From an uncultured Holophaga sp. (GTDB lineage: Bacteria > Acidobacteriota > Holophagae > Holophagales > Holophagaceae), in the NCBI GenBank assembly GCA_963664825.1, contig OY761614.1:2400001-2464000 (forward strand): a DNA stretch of 64,000 bases. Direction: 5' to 3'. The first letter of the stretch is position 1. Each line of letters opens with the position of its first letter. Below the pieces are notes generated by a model. That model did no database searches and was not told where the DNA came from. It worked only from the letters and a program-made list of their open reading frames with translations. The position numbers were made by a program, and so were the translations under genes. This document shows, in pieces, positions 8,764-17,723 of this stretch.

Positions 8764-9864
8764 ATGACACATCGCGTGATCAACTTCTACGCCGGCCCCG
8801 CCGGCCTTCCCCTTCCTGCGCTGGAACGCGCCCAGGAGGAGCTCCTGGATTTTGCCGGCACCGGCATGTCCGTCATGGAGGTCAGCCACCGTTCCAAGGA
8901 ATATGACGCTGTGCACGAGGAGGCCATCTCCCTCACCAAGGAACTGATGGGCATCCCCGCCAACTACAAGGTGCTGCTGCTCCAGGGCGGCGCGCATCTC
9001 TCCTTCGGCATGATCCCCCTCAACCTGTTGCGGGGCGGCCGCAAGGCCGACTACATCCTTACGGGCAACTGGGCCGAGAAGGCCTACAAGGAAGCCAAGC
9101 TGGTGGGCGGGGACAACGTCCGCGTGGCCGCCTCCACCAAGGATGAGAAGTTCGCCCGCCTGCCCAAGGCCTCCGAACTCAAGATCGGCAAGGACTCCTC
9201 CTTCGTGCACTTCACTTCCAATAACACAGTGGAAGGCACCCAGTGGAAGGACTTCCCCAAGACCGATGGCGTGCCCTACATCTGCGACATGAGCTCGGAC
9301 ATCATGTGGCGCCCCTTCGATGTCAATCCCTTCGGCCTCATCTACGCCGGTGCCCAGAAGAACCTCGGGCCCTCGGGGGTCACCCTTACCATCGTGCGCG
9401 AGGACTTCCTGGAGATGTGCGAAGCCCAGGATCTGCCCAGCTATCTCCGGTTCAAGATCCACGCCGAGAAGAACAGCCTCTACAACACGCCTCCCACCTT
9501 CGGCATCTACATCCTGCGGAACGTGCTGGCCTACAACAAGAGCATCGGCGGCCTGAAGGCCATCGAGGCCAATAACCGCAAGAAGGGCGAGCTGCTCTAC
9601 GGCTGCATCGATAAGCATGCGGGCTTCTTCAAACCCTTCGTCACCGAGAAGGCCGACCGCTCGCTGATGAACGTGGATTTCTTCCTCCCCACCGAGGAAC
9701 TCACCGCCACCTTCGTGAGTGAAGCCAAGAAGGCTGGCATGGTGGGCCTCAAGGGCTACCGCGATATCGGCGGCATTCGCGTCTCCACCTACAACGCCGT
9801 GAGCGTGAAGGATGTGGAGACCCTGGTCTCCTTCATGGAGAGCTTCGTGAAGAAGAACGGCTGA
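8764..9864 (+). CDS. serC: Phosphoserine aminotransferase
   Basis: NFYAGPA, SVMEVSHRS, LQGGA, DMSSD, AGAQKNLGP (PLP Lys), YNTPP, GGIRVSTYNA. Confidence 0.96.
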   Translation: MTHRVINFYAGPAGLPLPALERAQEELLDFAGTGMSVMEVSHRSKEYDAVHEEAISLTKELMGIPANYKVLLLQGGAHLSFGMIPLNLLRGGRKADYILTGNWAEKAYKEAKLVGGDNVRVAASTKDEKFARLPKASELKIGKDSSFVHFTSNNTVEGTQWKDFPKTDGVPYICDMSSDIMWRPFDVNPFGLIYAGAQKNLGPSGVTLTIVREDFLEMCEAQDLPSYLRFKIHAEKNSLYNTPPTFGIYILRNVLAYNKSIGGLKAIEANNRKKGELLYGCIDKHAGFFKPFVTEKADRSLMNVDFFLPTEELTATFVSEAKKAGMVGLKGYRDIGGIRVSTYNAVSVKDVETLVSFMESFVKKNG

Positions 9865-9881
9865 TCCTGCTGCTCTGTCCC

Positions 9882-9916
9882 GGGACGGCGCCCCATGCGG
9901 GCGCCGTCCCTTTTTT
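9882..9916 (+). terminator. Rho-independent terminator of the ser cluster
   Basis: Perfect 12-bp stem GGGACGGCGCCC/GGGCGCCGTCCC followed by T6. Confidence 0.9.
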
Positions 9917-10048
9917 GGATTCAGGCGGGTGAAGGTGTTCGTAAGCACAACCTCGCCCGGTCCCATCCAGGCTTAGGTCATCAGCCATGGGGGCTGGACC
10001 CGGCCTCCCGCGGCCGCCCGGCCATGACCGATGCGTTTCGGGCTGCCC

Positions 10049-10646
10049 TTATTCGCCGTCGCACGAGTGGCGAGGCTGTTGACCCTCTGCCTGTTCCTTG
10101 GGTCCGGAAGCCAGTTCGTGGAGATTCACGATGTAATGGATGTAATCCACATAGGCCGCCACGAACTTCCGGCCCAGCTCAGGATTTTTGTCTCGGTCCA
10201 GCCTTGCCTTCTGAACAGCCTCGAGCCTCCGGCGGAGTCCGTTGTGCATCTCTTTCAGGATGAGATCCTGGACCGGCTTCATGTCGCCAGTGTCCATGGC
10301 CTTGTCGCCGACCGGGATGGTCGCGTCCAGCGGGCTTGAGGCCGGTGTAGGCCGCCCCCTCACTGGCGCGGTGAAGCCTGACCAGGGTCTCGAAGAAGAA
10401 CTGTTCGGCCAGCTTCTGAGCATCCCCTCCCAGCTTCCGAACCTCCTGTGCCTTCACGTACGCTTCACGGACGGCCCCCTCGTCTGACTTACGGACCCAG
10501 AGCAGGGCCAGGTCCACATTGTTCTGGGCAAAGGCGCGCTTCGCGTCCGTCACGACGGGGCCATCGATTCCATCGCAGTGGGCCATGGCGAGAGTCGAGC
10601 ACAATGCCCACAAAGCGGTGGTACGTATCAAGGTTGAGAAAGGCAT
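10049..10646 (-). pseudogene. DUF6448-family exported protein, frameshifted near 10320
   Basis: N-half (signal, AHCDGIDGPVV, FFETLVRLHRASEGAAYTGLKPAG) and C-half (IPVGDKAMDTGD...GRKFVAAYVDYIHY) lie in different frames. Confidence 0.75.
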
Positions 10647-10741
10647 GGAGCCTCCTAAATGGGGCAGCCAGAATTGGACTGCCCCGTTAGACTCGTCCTT
10701 TGGATCGATTCCGCCATCCATTGGATGGCCGAAAGCACGGA

Positions 10742-11290
10742 ATGATCATGCCCAAAGCATCTTTCGACATTGATCCAACACATGATGGATGGCCCTCTCA
10801 CAGGGTCGGTGGACTGGTGCTTCTGGTGATCGGTGCCGTCCTCGCGGACCTCATCACCGATCGGTTCTCCTGCGGTAGTGATGCGAGACAACTCCTGACA
10901 AAGGGGCTCTGCACGCTTCTGGCTATCGTCGGAGCATGCTGGATCTACCTCTTCCTGCGTTCCCGGTCCCGTCTCGTCCAGTGCCTCACGTCCAATCTTG
11001 GAATGGCTCAGGCCGAAGCCGATCGCTGGAGATCTGAAAGCCAGGCGATGGCCTCCGGCCTAGCGGGCGCCATCGACACGCAGTTCTCGCGTTGGGATCT
11101 GTCCACCGCCGAACGCGAAGTTGCCCTACTGCTCCTCAAGGGGCTTAGCACACGTGAGGTCGCGGCCCTGCGGCAAACGAAAGAAGCCACGGTGCGTCAG
11201 CAATCCCAGTCTGTGTATCGAAAGGCCGGATTGAGTGGCAGAGCAGATCTCGCCGCCTTTTTCCTCGAAGATCTGTTGGCGCCACGCTGA
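10742..11290 (+). CDS. Membrane-anchored LuxR-family HTH regulator
   Basis: Two TM segments followed by WDLSTAEREVALLLLKGLSTREVAALRQTKEATVRQQSQSVYRK. Divergent from the DUF6448 gene. Confidence 0.85.
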   Translation: MIMPKASFDIDPTHDGWPSHRVGGLVLLVIGAVLADLITDRFSCGSDARQLLTKGLCTLLAIVGACWIYLFLRSRSRLVQCLTSNLGMAQAEADRWRSESQAMASGLAGAIDTQFSRWDLSTAEREVALLLLKGLSTREVAALRQTKEATVRQQSQSVYRKAGLSGRADLAAFFLEDLLAPR

Positions 11291-11542
11291 CTCCAGCGGG
11301 TTGTCCCCTTCTCTGACGGCTATGAGCGCGGGGTACCCACGCTCGCGTTCTCGGCAAACCCAAGATGCCTTAAGGGCCCCCTGCCTGCTTCTTTACTTAG
11401 AATTCGTGAAGAGCCCTTTTGACTCCGGGCTGGGCGTGCGGCTGAGGTCGGGGGTGATAGGATGGAGATCCAACGCAGAGGCTGAAGCACGGAAAAGGGC
11501 TCCTCCTGCACGCGCATGAAATGAAGGATATGGGGGTAGCAG

Positions 11543-11761
11543 ATGGCAAGGGTCAATTACGCACACGGCAAGCGGCAGCGGGAAATCGCGAACAAGGCCA
11601 AGCGGGAAGAGAAGCTTCAGCGCAAGGCCGAGCGCAGTGCCCAGGGGCAGGGTGGCGCCGAGGGTGAGCCCGAGCCCGAGGGCTTGGAGACGGTGGTAGC
11701 CCCCGGAGAAGAGGCGGGCATTACCCCTGGGGCATCCGCCGAGCCCCCTGCCCAGGACTGA
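11543..11761 (+). CDS. Small hypothetical protein (basic N-terminus, acidic tail)
   Basis: MARVNYAHGKRQREIANKAKREEKLQRK. GGGGG SD-like motif upstream. Fills an otherwise empty gap. Confidence 0.7.
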   Translation: MARVNYAHGKRQREIANKAKREEKLQRKAERSAQGQGGAEGEPEPEGLETVVAPGEEAGITPGASAEPPAQD

Positions 11762-11826
11762 AGACTTCCTTTCCTTCGGACCCGTCCCTTGGGCCGGCTC
11801 TCGCGGGGTCTTCCAGGGGAGAACCC

Positions 11827-12291
11827 ATGAAACGTTTTCGTCTCGTTCTGGCGATGTACTGTGCGGGTGTGGCTCTTGCTGCGGCGGGCGTCCAGCACTA
11901 CGGTCAGCCTTTGAAGCTCAAGGAGGAGACCAAGATCTCCGCGATTCTCGCCCACCCGGAGCAGTTCCGGGGCAAACGGGTGCGTGTGCGGGGTTTGGTG
12001 ACGGATGTCTGTCCGAAGGTCGGGTGCTACCTGAAACTCAAGGGCGACCAGAAGTTCCAGGAACTGATGTTCAAGGTGGACGAGGGCGTCATCGTCTTCC
12101 CCGGGAGCGCGAGGGGCTCCGAGGCTCTCGTCGAGGGGGTCGTCTCCATGAGGACCTTCAGTGAGCAAGAGCAGCGGGAGATGTGCCCCATCGAGGCCAA
12201 GGCCCTGAACCGCAAGTTCGATCCTTCCAAGATCCAGGGCCCGCTGAAGGTGTTCCGGATCGATGGCCTCGGCGCCGATATCAAATCCTGA
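11827..12291 (+). CDS. Exported DUF4920-like protein
   Basis: Signal peptide, YGQPL, VRVRGLVTDVCPKVGCYL, ALVEG. GGGGAG SD. Confidence 0.75.
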   Translation: MKRFRLVLAMYCAGVALAAAGVQHYGQPLKLKEETKISAILAHPEQFRGKRVRVRGLVTDVCPKVGCYLKLKGDQKFQELMFKVDEGVIVFPGSARGSEALVEGVVSMRTFSEQEQREMCPIEAKALNRKFDPSKIQGPLKVFRIDGLGADIKS

Positions 12292-12298
12292 GACGCCC

Positions 12299-12877
12299 AT
12301 GAATTCTGGAACGCGCATCCCCTGGCGAAGCTGGAACGCCGCCCTGCACCGGGACCTGGGTTACCTGGTGGCGGGCCTGATCCTCGTCTATGCCATCTCG
12401 GGCCTGGCGGTGAACCACAAGGCCCAGTGGAACCCACACCAGCGCCATGTCGTGAGGACCTACGAGATCGGCTCACTGGACAAGGCTTTGCCTGAGGACC
12501 AGCTGACGGCTCAGATCCTCCTGCGCCTTCGGGTCGGGGCTCGCCCCAAATCCGCCTTCCAGCCCGACGAGGACACCCTCGAGATCTACATGCCGGAGGG
12601 AAAGTACGCCGTGGACCTCCCCACCGGCAAGGTGATCTTCGAGGGAAATCAGCCCAGGCCCGTGCTGGCGACCCTGAACAGCATGCACCTCAACGCGGCC
12701 AAGGGGCTCTGGACCTGGATCGCGGACGCCTTCGCCCTCTCCCTGATCGCGCTTGCGATCACGGGGCTCTTCCTCCTGAAGGGACCCAAGGGGATCACAG
12801 GACGGGGCGCCTGGCTCACCCTCCTCGGATGTGCCATCCCGACGGGGTATTGGATTTTGTGGGCCTTGGCCCGCTGA
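12299..12877 (+). CDS. PepSY-associated TM-helix protein
   Basis: LHRDLGYL...YAISGLAVNH, LNSMHLN, WTWIADAF, ITGLFLL. Confidence 0.82.
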   Translation: MNSGTRIPWRSWNAALHRDLGYLVAGLILVYAISGLAVNHKAQWNPHQRHVVRTYEIGSLDKALPEDQLTAQILLRLRVGARPKSAFQPDEDTLEIYMPEGKYAVDLPTGKVIFEGNQPRPVLATLNSMHLNAAKGLWTWIADAFALSLIALAITGLFLLKGPKGITGRGAWLTLLGCAIPTGYWILWALAR

Positions 12878-12884
12878 GCTGGAC

Positions 12885-13451
12885 ATGGCCTCGTACTGCA
12901 GGTTCGTGAGCGAGCATCCCGAGCAGCGGCTCCATCGCGCCTACCATGACACTCATTACGGCTTCCCGCTGAAGGACGATGCGGCGCTTTTCGGGCGGCT
13001 GGTGCTGGAAATCAATCAGGCCGGCCTCTCCTGGAACACGATCCTGAACAAGCAGGAGGCCTTCCACCGCGCCTACGATGGCTTCGATATCGCCACCGTC
13101 GCCAAGTATGGCGAGGCGGAGCGGGGGCGGCTTTTGAGCGATGCAGGCATCATCCGCAACCGCCTGAAGATCAACGCCGCCATCGAGAACGCCCGCCGCA
13201 TTTTGGCCCTGGGGGCCGAGTTCGGCAGCTTCCAGGGCTGGCTCAACGCCCATCACCCCGGCGATCTGGAGGCCTGGACCCAGCTCTTTAAGCGGACCTT
13301 CCTGTTTACCGGTGGGGAGATCGTGAAGGAATTCTTGATGAGCACGGGCTACCTGCCCGGGGCCCATGACCAGGATTGTCTGATCTATGCCGAGATCCAA
13401 GCCCTCGGCGCACCCTGGATGCATGGGAACCAGGGCCTCGATGGTCGCTAG
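12885..13451 (+). CDS. tag: DNA-3-methyladenine glycosylase I
   Basis: YHDTHYG, LEINQAGLSWNTIL, GIIRNRLKINAAIENA, GAHDQDC. Confidence 0.92.
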   Translation: MASYCRFVSEHPEQRLHRAYHDTHYGFPLKDDAALFGRLVLEINQAGLSWNTILNKQEAFHRAYDGFDIATVAKYGEAERGRLLSDAGIIRNRLKINAAIENARRILALGAEFGSFQGWLNAHHPGDLEAWTQLFKRTFLFTGGEIVKEFLMSTGYLPGAHDQDCLIYAEIQALGAPWMHGNQGLDGR

Positions 13452-13568
13452 TCTCAAGCGGCAAAGAAGGCCACCCTTGGCCTTGAAAGTCCATTTCTTC
13501 CGCTGCGGGGCCTCTTGTGTCTGGGCGCACCAGGCCTACCCTTGGGTACACCTTTCAGGCAGGCTCCC

Positions 13569-13772
13569 ATGAAACCAAAGCATGCAGACGCGAAGGTTCC
13601 CCCGTGTCCAACCGGCAGGACTAAGCCGAGAGTGGCCTCTGCGAGCGTCGGGGCGGTATGCCCTGAAAGGCGCAGGACCGACAATACGCCGGAGGTCATG
13701 GCGGCGCTGGAGGCCCGGATGGAGGCCTTCGGGCAGGAGATCCGCAAGCACAACACCCGAAGGAAAGCTTGA
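13569..13772 (+). CDS. Small hypothetical protein
   Basis: 67-aa ORF from ATG 13569 in an unoccupied gap. No recognisable motif. Confidence 0.35.
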   Translation: MKPKHADAKVPPCPTGRTKPRVASASVGAVCPERRRTDNTPEVMAALEARMEAFGQEIRKHNTRRKA

Positions 13773-13905
13773 ACGGCGCTCCTGGCTTCCGGTCTGCGGC
13801 ATCGGCCCTTGGGCTGAGCCCTTCTTGGGCATGCTGATGTCCTGAACCTTCTGCCCCGACAGGGCACTTCAAGAGGACTACTGTCGCTTTCCTGGGAGGC
13901 TACAC

Positions 13906-14031
13906 ATGAGCCTGTTCATGGGCATGTTGCTTGTTCTCGGAATGATGATCCTGATTTTCCTGGGACCCGAATGGATCGCGGCGTTCACCCATGAAGTCCG
14001 AGGCTTCAAGAAGGCCGGTCCGCATTCCTGA
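13906..14031 (+). CDS. 41-aa TatA/E-like small membrane protein (absent from ORF track)
   Basis: GGGAGG SD, then MSLFMGMLLVLGMMILIFLGPEWIAAFTHEVRGFKKAGPHS*: TM helix, FLGP hinge, amphipathic helix ending RGFKKA. Confidence 0.6.
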   Translation: MSLFMGMLLVLGMMILIFLGPEWIAAFTHEVRGFKKAGPHS

Positions 14032-14065
14032 GGTCCATTTCCCCACGCGTCCCATCCGCCCTCTA

Positions 14066-16021
14066 TCAGTGGGCGGCGCCTCGTTGGGGGCTAGGCTTTA
14101 GATACGCTGGGACTGCCAAGCGGCCCTGCTTGAAGGCATGGGCGGTGGTCTGGTAGTAGGCGATGGCTTCGTCCCGCAGTTCGGGATTGACGGGGATGGG
14201 CGTTTGTTCCGCCGAGACGGGATCGACACTGTAGGCCTCCACCCGTCGTTTGGGCAGGAGAATGGTCAGGGTTCCGTTCTTCAAATAACCGAGCGCTTGA
14301 TAATTGCTGATGAATGCAGGCCGAGATGTTGGTTTCTGGTCAAAAAAGGAGCGGCCGAAGAAAGCCTCGTCGCCCGGGACTCCCAGGATCTCCAACAGGG
14401 TGGGGGGCAGATCCAACTGGCTGATCAGGCCGTCATGAGAACCTCGCTTCAGGAGATCGGGTCCGTACCAGATCATGGGTATCCTGTATTTATCAATGGG
14501 CAGCCGGGTCTTGCCCGCGACGGAAGCGCAGTGATCCGCGGTGATGACGAACAGGGTGTCCTTGAACCAGGGCTCCCGGCGCGCGGCTTCCACGAACTGG
14601 CCGATGGCATAATCCGTATATTTCACACCGCCACCCCGGCCTCCGGGCGAGGGAATGTCGATCCTTCCATCCGGATAGGTGAAGGGCCTGTGATTGGAGG
14701 TCGTCATGAGGTGGGCAAACACCCGTCGGCCTCCCGCGGTGGCGTGGTTCATGGCCGTGATCGCGTTGGCAAAGAGGGATTCGTCCGCTACGCCCCATAC
14801 GTTTTCGCAGACCACGGAGGCTTTGGGGAAATCCCTGCGATCGATGACTCGGTAGCTGTTGCCTGAAAAATACGCGTTCATGTTGTCGAAGTAGCCGTAG
14901 CCGCCGTAGATGAAGAGCGATTCAAAGCCCTGCATTTTGAGGACCTCCCCAAGGGTGGAGAGATGCTCGTTATGGGGCCTGCGCAGGATGGCTTGGCCGG
15001 GGATGGGCGGTGTGCCGAGGGAGAGGGCTTCCAACCCCCGCACGGTCCTGGTGCCCGTGGCGTAAACCTCTGGAAATCGGTATCCTTCCGAGGAAAGGCG
15101 GTCCAGGTTGGGAGTCAGATGCCGGGTTCCGCCGTAGCTGTCCAGGTATTCGGCGGAGAGGCTTTCGACCGAGATCAGGATCACGTTCCTGGGGGATCGC
15201 GTGAGGGGGCCCATCGGCTCATCGCCCCCGCTGGCCTGGGGATGCAGCGCCTCGGACAAGGGAACACGCTTCACATCTAGGCGCTGCAGGATGCGGTCCG
15301 CCTGGGGCTGGGGCAGGGTGGCGTAGAACCGGTCATAGTCCAGTTCGTTGCGGCGCATGGCGGCCGCGAAGGTCATCAATCCATTGCCTGAGAGTTCGTC
15401 TGCAAACGCATTGCCCGAGCCGTACATGTGGTCGATATTTCCGCATAGGAAGGCCAGGCACGGAATGCAAATGGCTAAAAGAACCCGCGAGCCCCGTTGG
15501 CGCCATGAGGCTGGAGGGGTCCTGCCGAGGCGTTTCGATAACCAGGCCGCGGGGACCATGGCTGCCAGTGCCAGTCCGGAGAGGATCCAGAAGATGGGAT
15601 AGGATTCCCGGATGTTCTCGATGACCTCATGGGTATACAGGAGATAGTCGACGGCGATGAAATTGAAGCGGGTCGAGAATTCCAGCCAGAAGGTGATCTC
15701 CGAGACCGCCCCGAGAAGCAGCAGGAAGGACAGCACCCAGCCTCCGCAAAATCCCAGAGCCCGGCCGGTGCGCCCGGCACAAAACCGGGCGGGCAGCAGC
15801 GCACTCAGAAGGATGAAGGGGGAAATGATCGTGAGGGATACCAGCGCATCGAACCAGACTCCCCGTAGGAAGAGGCGCGGCCAATGAGAGATGGGCACAT
15901 TCGATAGGCCAGACATCACGAGCAGGACGATCCGCGTGAGGGTGAACAGCGCCAACAGAAGCGCCCCCATGGACAGATAGTTGCGCAAACAGGAAGGCTT
16001 TGAGGAAGGAGATTCGGGCAT
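14066..16021 (-). CDS. LTA synthase-family / sulfatase-like membrane phosphoglycerol transferase
   Basis: Multiple N-terminal TM helices, NVILISVESL, GTRTVRG (Thr nucleophile), TTSNHRPF, VKYTD, ITADH. Start uncertain (ORF is open to 16138). Confidence 0.88.
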   Translation of the reverse strand: MPESPSSKPSCLRNYLSMGALLLALFTLTRIVLLVMSGLSNVPISHWPRLFLRGVWFDALVSLTIISPFILLSALLPARFCAGRTGRALGFCGGWVLSFLLLLGAVSEITFWLEFSTRFNFIAVDYLLYTHEVIENIRESYPIFWILSGLALAAMVPAAWLSKRLGRTPPASWRQRGSRVLLAICIPCLAFLCGNIDHMYGSGNAFADELSGNGLMTFAAAMRRNELDYDRFYATLPQPQADRILQRLDVKRVPLSEALHPQASGGDEPMGPLTRSPRNVILISVESLSAEYLDSYGGTRHLTPNLDRLSSEGYRFPEVYATGTRTVRGLEALSLGTPPIPGQAILRRPHNEHLSTLGEVLKMQGFESLFIYGGYGYFDNMNAYFSGNSYRVIDRRDFPKASVVCENVWGVADESLFANAITAMNHATAGGRRVFAHLMTTSNHRPFTYPDGRIDIPSPGGRGGGVKYTDYAIGQFVEAARREPWFKDTLFVITADHCASVAGKTRLPIDKYRIPMIWYGPDLLKRGSHDGLISQLDLPPTLLEILGVPGDEAFFGRSFFDQKPTSRPAFISNYQALGYLKNGTLTILLPKRRVEAYSVDPVSAEQTPIPVNPELRDEAIAYYQTTAHAFKQGRLAVPAYLKPSPQRGAAH

Positions 16022-16356
16022 CCGTGAACTCATTTGCGTCAGATTCTCCATAGGCTTCATGTCACGAAGGTTGTTGAAATCCACTGAAGGTTGGCAATTC
16101 CATGATCTTGATAACGTTTGAACGATGTGCCTGGACATGGCTGGCCGCCTAGTCTCGCGGGATCAGTCCGTGGCGGCTATCAGATGGTTGGTTTCTCGCC
16201 GTGGTCACACCCTGGATCCGGTTGGCCCCCATGGCTCCGGGTGGAGTCTTGTTAATTTAACCCGTTAGCGCGGGTAAATACAGTCGGCCGTGCCTCGGGG
16301 GGGCTCGGACAATGTCTCATAAAACACCAAGCACCCTGGGTACAGGGCTCCGGAGC

Positions 16357-16374
16357 GTGTGATTCTGTTCACTT
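16357..16374 (+). promoter_or_regulatory. Candidate Rex operator
   Basis: GTGTGATTCTGTTCACTT versus Rex consensus TTGTGAAnnnnTTCACAA (TGTGA and TTCAC conserved), upstream of rex. A TTGACC -35-like hexamer lies at 16389-16394. Confidence 0.5.
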
Positions 16375-16467
16375 CCCCCGGGAAAGGCTTGACCTGCGGG
16401 CGAACTCATTCAAGAATTTTCTATCGAGATCGAATTCTCGACCCATCCCCACCGGCCGGAGGCAACC

Positions 16468-17136
16468 ATGCGAGCGGAGTCGGTTCCCGAACCCACCCTG
16501 CGACGTCTGCCCTCTTACTATCACTACTTGGTCCGCCTTCGGGAAAAGGGACAAGTGATGATCTCGGCGGCCCAGATCGGAGAAGACCTCGGTGTCCATC
16601 ACACCCAGGTCCGCAAGGACCTCGCCTTCACGGGCAGCCAGGGGCGCCCCAAGGTGGGGCACCGGGTGGCCGATCTGGTGGCTTCCATCGAAACTTTCCT
16701 CAACTGGAACAACGCCACCGATGCCTTTCTGGTCGGCGTGGGCCATCTGGGCACGGCCCTGCTGGGCTATACGGGCTTCGAACGTGCCGGGGTCAAGATC
16801 GTGGCGGCCTTCGATGCGGATTCCCGGATGGTCGGGAAGAAGGTCCAGGGTGTGCTGGTGCTCCCCCTGGACAAGCTCACCGACCTTGCCCAGCGCATGC
16901 ATATCAGCATCGGGATCCTCACGGTGCCCACGGAGGCCGCCCAGGAGGTGGCCGATTTGATGGTCGCCAGCGGGATTCAGGCCATCTGGAACTTTGCGCC
17001 CTCCGTTCCGGATGTGCCATCCGATGTCATCATCGAAAATGTCGCCCTCTATTCGAGCCTTGCGGTCCTTTCCCGGAAGCTCGCCGTCCATCGGAGGGCC
17101 GCACTTGCGGCCGCTTCCGGTCCAGACCCGGCCTAG
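16468..17136 (+). CDS. rex: Redox-sensing transcriptional repressor Rex
   Basis: PEPTLRRLPSYY, QVRKDL, VGVGHLGTAL Rossmann motif, ILTVP, IWNFAP. GGAGG SD. Confidence 0.93.
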   Translation: MRAESVPEPTLRRLPSYYHYLVRLREKGQVMISAAQIGEDLGVHHTQVRKDLAFTGSQGRPKVGHRVADLVASIETFLNWNNATDAFLVGVGHLGTALLGYTGFERAGVKIVAAFDADSRMVGKKVQGVLVLPLDKLTDLAQRMHISIGILTVPTEAAQEVADLMVASGIQAIWNFAPSVPDVPSDVIIENVALYSSLAVLSRKLAVHRRAALAAASGPDPA

Positions 17137-17216
17137 CCGAGTTCCATCGTTCCTCACATGAGGCCTTCCTGTTGGAGGCCGCGATTGTTTCTGCCACGCC
17201 GCAAGGAGGCAAACAC

Positions 17217-17723
17217 ATGGTCACAGCCGAAACCGAGTCCCCGCTGGTTGCGCGGCAATTCACGTCGGTGCTCCGCATCCTGGAGTCCTTCCATCACGAC
17301 AGTTCCAAGTTGGTACCCATTCTTCAGGCGGTGCAGGAGGAATATCGCTACCTGCCCGAAGAGGTCATGACCTTCGTCGCCACGGCACTGGATATCCCCC
17401 CGGCGCGGGTCTTTGGCGTAGCCACCTTCTATAGCCATTTCGCGCTGGCTCCCAAGGGCAAGTATGTGATCCGCGTCTGCGACGGCACGGCCTGTCACGT
17501 GAAGGGTAGCCAGGACATCGTCGATACCCTCACCGAGCGCCTGAAACTGGCCAAGGGCAAGCAGACCACCCCCGATATGCTCTTCACGCTGGAGACCGTG
17601 AGCTGTCTGGGCGCCTGCGGCCTGGCCCCCGCGGTGGTCATCAACGAAGACGTACACGGTCAGATGGATGCCGCTCGCACCCGAGCCCTCATCGACCAGA
17701 TTTGCACGGAGGAAGGCCAATGA
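17217..17723 (+). CDS. NuoE-like 2Fe-2S subunit (HydC/gamma) of trimeric [FeFe]-hydrogenase
   Basis: VATFYSHF, VCDGTACHVKG, SCLGACGLAP. AAGGAGG SD before ATG 17217. Confidence 0.92.
   Translation: MVTAETESPLVARQFTSVLRILESFHHDSSKLVPILQAVQEEYRYLPEEVMTFVATALDIPPARVFGVATFYSHFALAPKGKYVIRVCDGTACHVKGSQDIVDTLTERLKLAKGKQTTPDMLFTLETVSCLGACGLAPAVVINEDVHGQMDAARTRALIDQICTEEGQ

Noticed and set aside
7750..9966. 738-aa minus-strand ORF, and similar long antisense ORFs (e.g. 17840-19543, 19640-21667, 43329-45386, 48684-50438, 56713-58410)
   Set aside because: Shadow frames of well-supported genes in GC-rich DNA. They contain no recognisable motifs.
16359..17216. Apparent long N-terminal extension of the NuoE-like protein
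   Set aside because: It overlaps rex in another frame. The true start is ATG 17217 after AAGGAGG.
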